Notes: generated by a model not told the origin, from the letters alone. 64,000 nucleotides of DNA from Sphingorhabdus sp. (GCA_036479555.1 JAZGFP010000002.1:286802-350801), one strand, 5' to 3'; shown: positions 8,207 through 16,720, counted from the first letter of the stretch. Made by a program: numbers and translations.

Positions 8207-8547
8207 ATGCCCTGCATCACGCCGAGCGCGTAGGATTGGAGATTGTCGCCGAAATAGGCCACGAAATGCGCGCCTAGGGCGATGAGCTGGGTTGCGGCGA
8301 TGGGTAGAGGCCAAAATCGTTCACTCCGGAAGGCAATCCAGAGGAAGATCGCTGTGACCACCATCTCGTTGATTGCCAGTAATGGGCTGGGTTCAAGCCA
8401 GTTTCGGCCAGTTTCCCAGTAGATTATTGCGGTAGTGAAGCTGCCAAGATACAAGGTTATCATCACGATTTTCTGTGAGCGGCTTCCCCAGATGAGGATA
8501 GCAATCAAGCAGACTGAAGACAGAATATCGTAAATTGTACCGATCAT
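8125..8547 (-). CDS. Cassette 1 gene C: small 4-5-TM membrane protein
   Basis: Hydrophobic segments; SERFW, Q..H, W..P, ATYRH shared with 16277-16720; GGGGA SD before ATG 8547. Confidence 0.8.
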   Translation of the reverse strand: MIGTIYDILSSVCLIAILIWGSRSQKIVMITLYLGSFTTAIIYWETGRNWLEPSPLLAINEMVVTAIFLWIAFRSERFWPLPIAATQLIALGAHFVAYFGDNLQSYALGVMQGIWSYPQMLMLLIATYRHVQRSKAETPT

Positions 8548-8602
8548 TTTGGTCCCCAATATTAAGGGGCTGCAGCATCACCATCTTCACGGCGAGGTCA
8601 AG

Positions 8603-8947
8603 CTATGCGATACGTAAATGGGTTTCGCTTAACGATTGACCCGAAGGCTGATCTTTCCATTTGTCGCCTCCAGCTTTTGCCGGTATCCGCATCTTCTGGC
8701 GAACTTCGGCAAAACCGCCATGCGCGTCGATGACCGCATTCTGCGCTGCATAGAGCGCGGCGATGGTTTCGCCCGTTTTTGCTACTGCATCCTGTCCGAC
8801 AATCGTGGACGCCCTGATATCGCGCCGGGCGGTTGACGTGGCGCAAGTCAAATTTGCCGCACACACCAGCGCTTCATCGATTGCGGTCTCCAGCGCGAAT
8901 AGTTTTTCTGCGACCATCTGGGTCGCGGCTAATCTTTCATTCAACAT
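8603..8947 (-). CDS. Cassette 1 gene B: 114-aa 'MLNER' alpha-helical protein of unknown function
   Basis: GGGAGG SD before ATG 8947; 11/21 N-terminal identities to 15866-16231. Confidence 0.85.
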   Translation of the reverse strand: MLNERLAATQMVAEKLFALETAIDEALVCAANLTCATSTARRDIRASTIVGQDAVAKTGETIAALYAAQNAVIDAHGGFAEVRQKMRIPAKAGGDKWKDQPSGQSLSETHLRIA

Positions 8948-9010
8948 AAGCACCTCCCGCTTGCAAAGCGCATGCACGCCAGCAAGTTTGCTGGTTGGGA
9001 AATCAGTCGC

Positions 9011-9586
9011 TCAATAGAACTTGGAAAGATTCTCTGCGATGCCGACAAGTACTGCAAAAATAACGATAGATATTATCATCAATATTGAGATTGCCAGCGC
9101 CCTTCGTGCAAAGGACATTTCGTTCCGGCGACTATTCTCCCACAGAACCGAAAATGGAAACTGGATGAACTTTCCGCCTTCTTCGCCCGCAAAATACGCT
9201 GCTTGCGCTTCATGAGCGGAAAATGTCCCGTTATCCTCCGCCGGGTTCCATTCGCCGGGGGACGACCTTGTTTGAGGGTATTCAGGGGCAGCGGGCAACG
9301 CCGGAGATTGGTATACCAATGATTGGTCACTCACAGATTCGTCAGCATGCAGGCGATTCTCGCGGTATATGCGGGCTGCTTCGAAGCGTGAGCTGACGCC
9401 CAGCAATGATTGCACACGCTTTAGCCGCTGATCGACTGTATGCGGGGATATGCCAAGGTCACGCGCGATTTCTTTGCTATTCTTGAGCTGCTCGACACCG
9501 TTCAATACATCGAAATGGAGGTCATCCAGCAGGCTGAAGTCTGGCAAATCGCCATTGTCGGAATTTTTGATGCCGCCCCTCGTCAT
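9011..9586 (-). CDS. Cassette 1 gene A: LuxR/sigma-r4-type HTH regulator with C-terminal TM helix
   Basis: SKEIARDLGISPHTVDQRLKRVQSLLGVSSRFEAAR; C-terminal ALAISILMIISIVIFAVLVGI. Confidence 0.88.
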   Translation of the reverse strand: MTRGGIKNSDNGDLPDFSLLDDLHFDVLNGVEQLKNSKEIARDLGISPHTVDQRLKRVQSLLGVSSRFEAARIYRENRLHADESVSDQSLVYQSPALPAAPEYPQTRSSPGEWNPAEDNGTFSAHEAQAAYFAGEEGGKFIQFPFSVLWENSRRNEMSFARRALAISILMIISIVIFAVLVGIAENLSKFY

Positions 9587-9659
9587 AATATTGGAGTATC
9601 ATAGGTGGCGCTTTCTTTCCAGCCGCGCATTTGCACCTATTTCGAGATGTAACCGAATG

Positions 9660-10754
9660 TTATCTCACGTTAACTTGACGGCGAATGCTGCCAGGAATTG
9701 CCGCAAGCTTTGCCTGCGCAGCGCTTTCGTCTCCTGCTGCCCGGTAAGCGCGGATCAGGCCGCCATGATATTCGGGCAGGTCGGGACGGCTCCGAAGCGC
9801 GCCTTCCATCAGATGAATGGCCTTCCATGGCTGGCCGAGCTTGAGCAAAGTCTTGCCCGAAAGGAACATTGCTTCTGAGTCGCTTTCGACAAGATCGCGT
9901 GCGTTGGCAAAATGCGTGCGGGCATTGGCATAGCGCGCTTGCCGCACGGCGATTTTGCCTGCTAGCAATTGCATTTCGGGGCGCTGCACCACACCTTTCG
10001 GCAGGCCATGCAGCCGCTTGAGAGCGGCGCCGAATTTCTTTTGCGCATAGAGCGCGCCAGCTAGCCCGGCCTGCGCATTGTTGCTCCCCGGAGCAAGATT
10101 AAGTGCGGCAATAAATGCGGCTTCAGCGGCTTTATAGTCGCGCGCGCGCATGTCGATATCGCCTAGCGTTAGCGCAGCGATGATATTTTCCGGCTGGGCC
10201 TTTTGCACACGCCTAACTGCTTCCCGCGCTTCGGGGAAAAGCCCAAGTTCGCTCCGCGCTCTTGCCAGGTCGATGGCCAGGCGGTGGTTGGTAGAATCTA
10301 GCCTATAAGCTTCTTCGAGCGCTTCGCGCGCATCCCAAGGCTTGTTCGCGGCCCAAGCGTTGAGCCCCCGGACAAAGGCTATGGTTGCCTTGCGGCCGCT
10401 CTTTTTGGCACTGGCAATTGCCTTCTCTGGCCTTTGCTGACGAGCCTGTGCTTCGGCCAGTAAGGGCAGTATTGTCTTCTCGGCGATGCCCGCGGACTTG
10501 GCTGCATGCAGACTGGTTTCTGCACCAGTTCCATCGCCGCGCGCGAGATCAACTTGCGCCGCGATCAGGCGGATTTTGCCGTTGCTCTCCCCCGCCTTGA
10601 AGGCCGACGCGATTAACCCGCGCGCCTTGCCAAAATTTCCGCGCTCATAGACCTGCTCGATAAGCTGCGCATCGGGCGCGTTGGAACCGCCTATATTGCA
10701 GGCGGCAAGCAGGCAAGTCGCAGCGATGGCCAGCGGAAATCGGGTCACTTTCAT
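9660..10754 (-). CDS. TPR-repeat lipoprotein (PrsT-like)
   Basis: LAAC lipobox; tandem Ala/Leu-rich TPR-like helical repeats. Confidence 0.75.
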   Translation of the reverse strand: MKVTRFPLAIAATCLLAACNIGGSNAPDAQLIEQVYERGNFGKARGLIASAFKAGESNGKIRLIAAQVDLARGDGTGAETSLHAAKSAGIAEKTILPLLAEAQARQQRPEKAIASAKKSGRKATIAFVRGLNAWAANKPWDAREALEEAYRLDSTNHRLAIDLARARSELGLFPEAREAVRRVQKAQPENIIAALTLGDIDMRARDYKAAEAAFIAALNLAPGSNNAQAGLAGALYAQKKFGAALKRLHGLPKGVVQRPEMQLLAGKIAVRQARYANARTHFANARDLVESDSEAMFLSGKTLLKLGQPWKAIHLMEGALRSRPDLPEYHGGLIRAYRAAGDESAAQAKLAAIPGSIRRQVNVR

Positions 10755-10843
10755 GGCTCAACTCAATAGCAGCCAAGGGTAAATATATGGCTTATGCGCT
10801 GCCAAGCTTGCGCCGCTGCGCGCCGCTGCCTAATGACAGCGCG

Positions 10844-11227
10844 ATGAAAGCGATTTTCCTAGTTATGGCAGGCGGCGGTGTGGGCGCGGCTTTGCGGCAT
10901 TTGCTCGGGCGTGCCTTGGCGCAGCAGGCGGCGGCCACCGGTTGGCCATGGGGCACCTTTGCGGTGAATTTGCTGGGCGGATTTGCAATGGGTTTGCTGG
11001 TAGGCTGGTTGGCACAGCGCGGACAGGGAGATGAGAATTTGCGGCTGCTATTGGGCGTTGGGCTGCTCGGCGGCTTTACGACATTTAGCGCGTTTAGCCT
11101 TGAGGCGGCGTTGATGATTGAGCGCGGGCAGGCGATGCTTGCTCTCGGATACGCACTGGCTTCGGTGGTGCTCGCGGTATTCGCGCTATTTGCCGGACTG
11201 TGGATCGCGCGCGGGGTGTTTGCATGA
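10844..11227 (+). CDS. crcB: Fluoride efflux channel CrcB/FluC
   Basis: GGGVGAALR, PWGTFAVN, GLLGGFTTFSAF. Confidence 0.96.
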   Translation: MKAIFLVMAGGGVGAALRHLLGRALAQQAAATGWPWGTFAVNLLGGFAMGLLVGWLAQRGQGDENLRLLLGVGLLGGFTTFSAFSLEAALMIERGQAMLALGYALASVVLAVFALFAGLWIARGVFA

Positions 11228-12471
11228 GCACCTCGAAGGATGTGCGGCAGTTTAATGTCGGTATTGATGATGACGGTATCCGGCTTGATCGCTGGTTCAA
11301 GCGGCATATGGCCGATGCGCCCTTTGCATTGGTGAGCCGCTGGGCGCGCACCGGGCAGCTGCGGTTGGATGGTAAGCGCGTGCAGGTATCGGACCGGATA
11401 GCTACCGGCCAAACTATCCGCGTACCCCCCGTTTCTGCAGATGCGATTAAAAAACGCACGGCGCGCAGGCGGATCGAGCTTAGCGCAGAGCAGATTGAGA
11501 TGGCGCGCTCCTTGGTGATCCACCGGGACCGAGCGGCGCTTGTGCTCAATAAACCTCCGGGGCTGGCGACGCAGGGCGGTACAAAGATTTCCCAGCATAT
11601 TGATGGCCTTCTCGATGCTTACTGCGAAGAGGATGATGAACCGCGCCCGCGGCTTGTCCACCGCCTGGACAAAGATACATCGGGCGCGCTGCTGGTTGCT
11701 CGCTCACCGGGCAGTGCGGCCTATTTTTCGAAGCATTTTTCGGGGCGCAGCGCGCGAAAAACATATTGGGCGCTGGTGATGGGTGTCCCCGATGTGAAGG
11801 ACGGTGTCATCGAATTACCGCTGGCCAAACAGCCAGGCACCGGCGGCGAAAAAATGTATGTCGATGAGGTTGAGGGGCAGACCGCCAAGTCGCGCTACCG
11901 GGTTATCGAAATAGCCGGAGATCGTTGCGCCTGGGTCGAGCTAACTCCTTTCACCGGACGCACACATCAACTGCGAGTTCATATGGCAGCGATTGGCCAT
12001 CCGATTGTCGGTGACGGCAAATATGGCGGTAAAGAAGCGTTCCTGACCGGCAGTATCAGCCGCAAGATGCACTTGCATGCGAGGGCCATAAAAATTGGTC
12101 ATCCCGATGGCGGCAAAATTTATGTTCGCGCTGATCCGCCCAAGCATTTTCTGGCCAGCCTTGGTGCGCTCGGCTTTGACCCCGATGCCGGCGACTTGCC
12201 CGATGATGAGAAGCGCCCGCCGATGACGCGGGCAAAGGCGAAACAAGTGGCGCGCCACCATTCCAAACAGATCCGCAAGGAACGGCGCGGTGAACGGCGC
12301 GGGCGCGCCGATGCGAAGGCAGCAACAAAGGCCGGGACAAAGGTGGGAAGGGGCGCGAAGGCAGGCGCGCGCGCGAAGGATGAAAAGCCCAAAAGGCGGC
12401 CGCCCAGACCCACTGGGCCTGTCCACAAGAAGACCGCCGGCCAGCCGCGAAAACGCAAAAAGAAATTTTAG
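11224..12471 (+). CDS. RluA/RluC-family pseudouridine synthase with S4 domain and basic C-terminal tail
   Basis: GIRLDRWF, LNKPPGL, VHRLDKDTSG, TGRTHQLRVH; ATGA overlap with crcB. Confidence 0.95.
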   Translation: MSTSKDVRQFNVGIDDDGIRLDRWFKRHMADAPFALVSRWARTGQLRLDGKRVQVSDRIATGQTIRVPPVSADAIKKRTARRRIELSAEQIEMARSLVIHRDRAALVLNKPPGLATQGGTKISQHIDGLLDAYCEEDDEPRPRLVHRLDKDTSGALLVARSPGSAAYFSKHFSGRSARKTYWALVMGVPDVKDGVIELPLAKQPGTGGEKMYVDEVEGQTAKSRYRVIEIAGDRCAWVELTPFTGRTHQLRVHMAAIGHPIVGDGKYGGKEAFLTGSISRKMHLHARAIKIGHPDGGKIYVRADPPKHFLASLGALGFDPDAGDLPDDEKRPPMTRAKAKQVARHHSKQIRKERRGERRGRADAKAATKAGTKVGRGAKAGARAKDEKPKRRPPRPTGPVHKKTAGQPRKRKKKF

Positions 12472-12479
12472 GGAGCTAA

Positions 12480-13100
12480 ATGATGCATCCCGATCCGGCA
12501 TTCCGTACCAAACTCAGCCCCGCCGATGAAAGGCTGATGCTTGAAGCATTAGTGCGAGAGATCGGTTTTGGCACGATATTCCTGACCACGCCCGATGGGC
12601 CGCGTGTGGCGCATGTCGCTTTTTTTGGCAGCGGTGACGGTGCGCTCCAGTTCCATCTCGCAAATAGCAATGCGCTGACAAAACATCTTGACGGCAATGC
12701 CGCGCTGGCACTCGTCAACGGCCCCGATGCCTATATCAGCCCCGATTGGTATGAAGCAGACGATCAGGTGCCGACATGGGACTATGTTAGCGTTGAAATG
12801 GAAGGGCCGGTGCGCAAGATGGATCGAGAAGGGTTGATCGCGCTGCTCGATGATCTTGCCCGCGAGAATGAAGAACGGCTCGCCCCCAAAGCCCCGTGGA
12901 CGCGGGAACAGATTGATGGCGTAAAGATGGACCGTATGCTTGGCGCGATCACCGGTTTCGAGATGGAGGTAAAGGCGTGGCGGCCCACATTGAAGCTATC
13001 GCAGAATAAGCCGGCAGAGGTGCGCGAACGCGTGGCGGTGCAGCTCGAAGCGCAAGGCAAAGCTGCGATGGCCCACCTGATCCGTCAATGGGGCGGGTGA
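12480..13100 (+). CDS. FMN-binding negative transcriptional regulator (PaiB family)
   Basis: FHLANSN, GPDAYISPDWY, VPTWDY, KLSQNK. Confidence 0.9.
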   Translation: MMHPDPAFRTKLSPADERLMLEALVREIGFGTIFLTTPDGPRVAHVAFFGSGDGALQFHLANSNALTKHLDGNAALALVNGPDAYISPDWYEADDQVPTWDYVSVEMEGPVRKMDREGLIALLDDLARENEERLAPKAPWTREQIDGVKMDRMLGAITGFEMEVKAWRPTLKLSQNKPAEVRERVAVQLEAQGKAAMAHLIRQWGG

Positions 13101-13101
13101 G

Positions 13102-13764
13102 GTGATGAAGCGGCTGGCTCTTTTTGATTGTGATGGCACGCTGGTGGACGGTCAGGCGAATCATTTTCAGGCGATGGAGCAGGCATTTTTCGCCGCTGAC
13201 ATCGAACCGATACCGCGCAGTGAAACGCGGCGAGTGATCGGGCTTTCGCTACTTGAATCGATGCGCGTTCTGGCACCGGAAACCGGTGAAGATACGCGCC
13301 GCGCAATGGTGGAGAGCTACAAATCTGCCTTCCTTGAAATGCGCGGTAACGGGGCAATCGAAGAGCCGCTGTATGAGGGTATGCGCGAATTGCTGGTGGC
13401 GCTTGATGGTGACGGCTGGATGCTGGGTGTGGCGACGGGCAAGTCAGATCGCGGCCTGACAAAATGCCTTGCACATCACGGGATAACCGACCTGTTTGTT
13501 TCCTTGCAAACAGCCGATAGGCACCCGTCAAAACCGCACCCTTCGATGGTCTATCAGGCGATGGGCGATGCCGGTGTTGACGCTGACGGCACCGTGATGA
13601 TCGGTGATACCGTCTATGATATCGAAATGGGAAAGGCCGCCGGTTGCCGCACGATTGCTGTGGGCTGGGGCTATCACGGGATTGATGAAATGCACGCAGC
13701 GGGGGCGGGCGCGCTGGCGGAAACGATGGCAGAGTTAAAGCAGATTTTGGGAGAATTCACATGA
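13102..13764 (+). CDS. HAD-IA family hydrolase (phosphoglycolate phosphatase-like)
   Basis: FDCDGTLVD, ATGK, SKPHP, MIGDTVYD. Confidence 0.93.
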   Translation: MMKRLALFDCDGTLVDGQANHFQAMEQAFFAADIEPIPRSETRRVIGLSLLESMRVLAPETGEDTRRAMVESYKSAFLEMRGNGAIEEPLYEGMRELLVALDGDGWMLGVATGKSDRGLTKCLAHHGITDLFVSLQTADRHPSKPHPSMVYQAMGDAGVDADGTVMIGDTVYDIEMGKAAGCRTIAVGWGYHGIDEMHAAGAGALAETMAELKQILGEFT

Positions 13765-14000
13765 CGCCAGTGGAAAAGGAGCAGCGGGCTTTCGGGCGTT
13801 TTCAAATACTCAATATTTCGCGCTTTGTTGCGGTCGGCTTTGTGATGGCTGGGGCGGCCAATATTGTTGGAAAGTTTATGCCCGAATATTCCCCCATCCT
13901 TGGCTATACATTGCTGGTAATCGGCGTGGTTGATTTCTTCCTGATGCCGGTCGCGCTCAAAAAAATGTGGGCGCAGCAAGCTGGCGACGAACAAAAGTGA
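13761..14000 (+). CDS. Small two-TM membrane protein
   Basis: Two hydrophobic segments; 4-nt overlaps with both neighbours. Confidence 0.7.
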   Translation: MTPVEKEQRAFGRFQILNISRFVAVGFVMAGAANIVGKFMPEYSPILGYTLLVIGVVDFFLMPVALKKMWAQQAGDEQK

Positions 14001-14689
14001 AGCGTTTCTGGCAGGACGTCGTGGTTGAAGAGCGGGATGGCGGCCATGCCATCCTGCTCGACGAGCGCGTAGTGAAGACGCCTTTGCACGGCGAACTTAT
14101 CCTGCCCAATGAGGCGCTCGCCAATGCGGTGCTTGCCGAATGGGCCGGCGTGGGCGAGGAAGTTGATCCCGCCACCATGCCGATGACCGGCTTTGCCAAC
14201 GCCGCGATTGACAAGGTGGCATCGGAGCGGGCTACCTTCGTTGATACAATCGCTGCGTATGGCGAAGCAGACCTTTTCTGCTACCGCGCCGAAAACCCGC
14301 GGCCGCTTGTTGACCGGCAAGACGAGCAATGGGGCAAATGGCTACGCTGGGCGCAGGCGCATTATTCCCTCAGCTTCACTGTCATCTCCGGCATTATCCA
14401 TCAGCCACAGCCCGAGGATACCGTCGCGCGGCTCAAAGAAGCGGTGGAGGAGCTGTCTGACTGGCAATTGGCCGCCGCATCGAAGCTGGCGCATATATCG
14501 GGGTCGCTCGTTGCTATGCTCGCGTTGGTGGACGAGGAGGCGAGCGCAGCGGTAATCTGGCCAGACCTGATCCTCGACGAGCTATGGCAGGAAGAGCATT
14601 GGGGTGCGGATGAATTCGCGCTGAAAAACCGGCAAGACCGCGAAGTGGAGTTTATGGATGCCGCCAGGTTTATGACGATGTGCCGATGA
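13997..14689 (+). CDS. ATP12/ATPAF2-family chaperone
   Basis: KRFWQDV, LLDERVVKTP, EWAG, MPMTGFANAAID, LFCYRA, DELWQEEHWGAD; GTG start 13997. Confidence 0.92.
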   Translation: MKRFWQDVVVEERDGGHAILLDERVVKTPLHGELILPNEALANAVLAEWAGVGEEVDPATMPMTGFANAAIDKVASERATFVDTIAAYGEADLFCYRAENPRPLVDRQDEQWGKWLRWAQAHYSLSFTVISGIIHQPQPEDTVARLKEAVEELSDWQLAAASKLAHISGSLVAMLALVDEEASAAVIWPDLILDELWQEEHWGADEFALKNRQDREVEFMDAARFMTMCR

Positions 14690-15144
14690 TCGTATCGGTG
14701 CCGGATGTCCGGCCGCATTGATCACTATTGCACCTGGGTGGCTATCAATTGGCAATAAGCGAGTTTGCCAATTTTCGGGCCGGACCCAAGTGTGGGTGTA
14801 TTGGAATCCGGCCCGAATATGATAGTCAGACGAAGCGGCTTGGATGGTCAGTTTGCTTCATCTGCTAGGTCATGCATCCCAGCAAATTTGAGACATGGAC
14901 CAGAAGACCCAAATTTCGCTGGAGCGCAGTATGTTCGCAATGACGATGAACCGTCGCGGGGACCAGCCCTGATTCATCTTCGCTTCGAACGATCTGGGTT
15001 ATGGAGGAACAGCGCGGTTAATTGGAGTTACAACCCGTATCAGATACCGTGATCCGCGGTAACAAGTTAACGATGTTGGTTGAGTCGGCCTGAATTCCAG
15101 TTACTGTGGTGGAGCTTCTGTGTTCATAGTTAATATTTTGTAAC

Positions 15145-15163
15145 GGTAACACTGTTTGTTACC
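15145..15163. promoter_or_regulatory. Operator-like inverted repeat GGTAACA-N5-TGTTACC upstream of cassette 2
   Basis: Perfect 7-bp inverted repeat in an AT-rich stretch ~95 nt upstream of gene A2. Confidence 0.45.
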
Positions 15164-15258
15164 TACATCTTGATGCGGTTTGAGCGCCGAAAACCTCCCT
15201 TTGGCTGCGCCGGGAGCATGTAAGGCGGCATGCGGTATTTTTTGCTAAATATCTGAAA

Positions 15259-15804
15259 TTGGGCTATGGAAGCCAAATGGTTGGTTCGGATTTTGAAAGT
15301 CTGATGGAGAAGGAACGGGCAGCACTTCGTCTTGTGCTTTGTGGCTTTGACGCAAAAGCAGCTGCGCGCGAAATCAATGTGACGCCAAATGTCATCGTCG
15401 AACGACTGCGCTCAGCTCGCCAAAAACTAGGCGTTACCAGCAGCAAAGAGGCAGCTCGGTTGCTTGCCCAGCATGAAGGTATCGCACCCAATTTTCTTGT
15501 ATCCAAGAAAATTGGAATTGTTTCGCCACCCAAAACTATAGCAATAAATCCCTTGCCTGATCGACAGGCAGCGACATCCGATCAAAATGTGGTCAGAGAA
15601 ATACAAGCGACTTACCAGTCTTACTCGTCTTTCTCCAATCCGTTGGTATCGGTGCCGTTTCGCAAGCAGGGAGAAGTTGGTAATGATCTGAGTAAATCGG
15701 CGAGATTTTGGGCAATTGCTGACCTGACCGTCAAACTTGCCTTTGCCTTCGCATTTGTTTGCCTGGCAGCAATCCTCGTCAGCACTTTGATCAACCGCGC
15801 CTAA
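15259..15804 (+). CDS. Cassette 2 gene A: LuxR-type HTH regulator with C-terminal TM helix
   Basis: AKAAAREINVTPNVIVERLRSARQKLGVTSSKEAAR; REIQATY / PF...NDLS..AR matches HEAQAAY / PF...NEMS.ARR of 9011-9586; C-terminal TM; start uncertain. Confidence 0.85.
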   Translation: MGYGSQMVGSDFESLMEKERAALRLVLCGFDAKAAAREINVTPNVIVERLRSARQKLGVTSSKEAARLLAQHEGIAPNFLVSKKIGIVSPPKTIAINPLPDRQAATSDQNVVREIQATYQSYSSFSNPLVSVPFRKQGEVGNDLSKSARFWAIADLTVKLAFAFAFVCLAAILVSTLINRA

Positions 15805-15865
15805 ATTTCCTGCTAAACTTTGACCTGTAAAGTCGCGCCGATGTTGAACGGCGCAGGGGGAATGT

Positions 15866-16231
15866 ATGTTGAACGAACGTATAGAAGCAGCCCGGCCTAT
15901 CGCCGAAAAAATCAATGAAGTAGAAACTTCACTGAATACGACGATGATGCAAATGGGCGAATTGATGAGCAGTATCGCTGCTGCACGCCTATCGCCTGGA
16001 ACCAGGTTCGCGCTTTCGTCCGGTGTTGATGCATCGGAAAAACTGATCGACGCTGCAGCTACCACAGCGCGTAGCTATCGAGAGGTTGTCGCGGCGCATG
16101 AGCATTTGGTAGCTGACCGCAATGCGGCCGGCCTGCGTGCGGTAAGCTGGGGCCCAGCCGGATGCCCGCCAGAAAAAGGTGAGGCAGAATCTGCTCAAGG
16201 TGTCTACCTTGAAGCGGTCGCCAATTCCTAA
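15866..16231 (+). CDS. Cassette 2 gene B: 121-aa 'MLNER' alpha-helical protein
   Basis: GGGGGA SD; homologous to 8603-8947. Confidence 0.85.
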   Translation: MLNERIEAARPIAEKINEVETSLNTTMMQMGELMSSIAAARLSPGTRFALSSGVDASEKLIDAAATTARSYREVVAAHEHLVADRNAAGLRAVSWGPAGCPPEKGEAESAQGVYLEAVANS

Positions 16232-16276
16232 TGGACCCGCCTTGACCGGACTGAATTATTTTGGTTTGGTCAAGGC

Positions 16277-16720
16277 ATGTCCATCAACGGCTTGTTCGAG
16301 TTTCTGCTGATACTTTCCACGGGCTATGCTCTTGTTAAGGGCGGGATGCCTGAACGTGTTGCAGCCGTTACCATGCTTGCCGGTTATGTGCTTACCATAG
16401 CCGTCGTTTCACCAACGGCATCGAGATTCCTATACATGGAATATCGAATAATGTTGGTGGATATTATGATGCTGGCAAGCTTTCTTTTTCTAGCGTTAAA
16501 TGCAGAGAGATATTGGACAATATGGTTGTGCTCAATGCAAGTTGTACAGGTGTTCACTCACTTTCCGATAATGTTCATGCCGGAGCTGTTACCCCGGGCC
16601 TACGCTTTGGTGGTGGCAGTTTGGGCAATTCCAATGCTGGCAGTTTTAACGCTTGCAACCTTCCGCCACCGACGGCGTCTCAGACAATTCGGGACCGACA
16701 GATCCTGGAGCAGCTCCTAA
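16277..16720 (+). CDS. Cassette 2 gene C: small 4-5-TM membrane protein
   Basis: AERYW, Q...H, W..P, ATFRH shared with 8125-8547. Confidence 0.82.
   Translation: MSINGLFEFLLILSTGYALVKGGMPERVAAVTMLAGYVLTIAVVSPTASRFLYMEYRIMLVDIMMLASFLFLALNAERYWTIWLCSMQVVQVFTHFPIMFMPELLPRAYALVVAVWAIPMLAVLTLATFRHRRRLRQFGTDRSWSSS

Noticed and set aside
10755-10843. Fluoride riboswitch upstream of crcB
   Set aside because: No GGCGATGG...TGATG-type consensus visible
14765-15052. 95-aa TTG-start ORF
   Set aside because: No SD, no motif, overlaps a hairpin; could be a remnant but unsupported
15128-15145. Full CtrA box (TTAA-N7-TTAAC)
   Set aside because: Spacing is 6 nt with a mismatch
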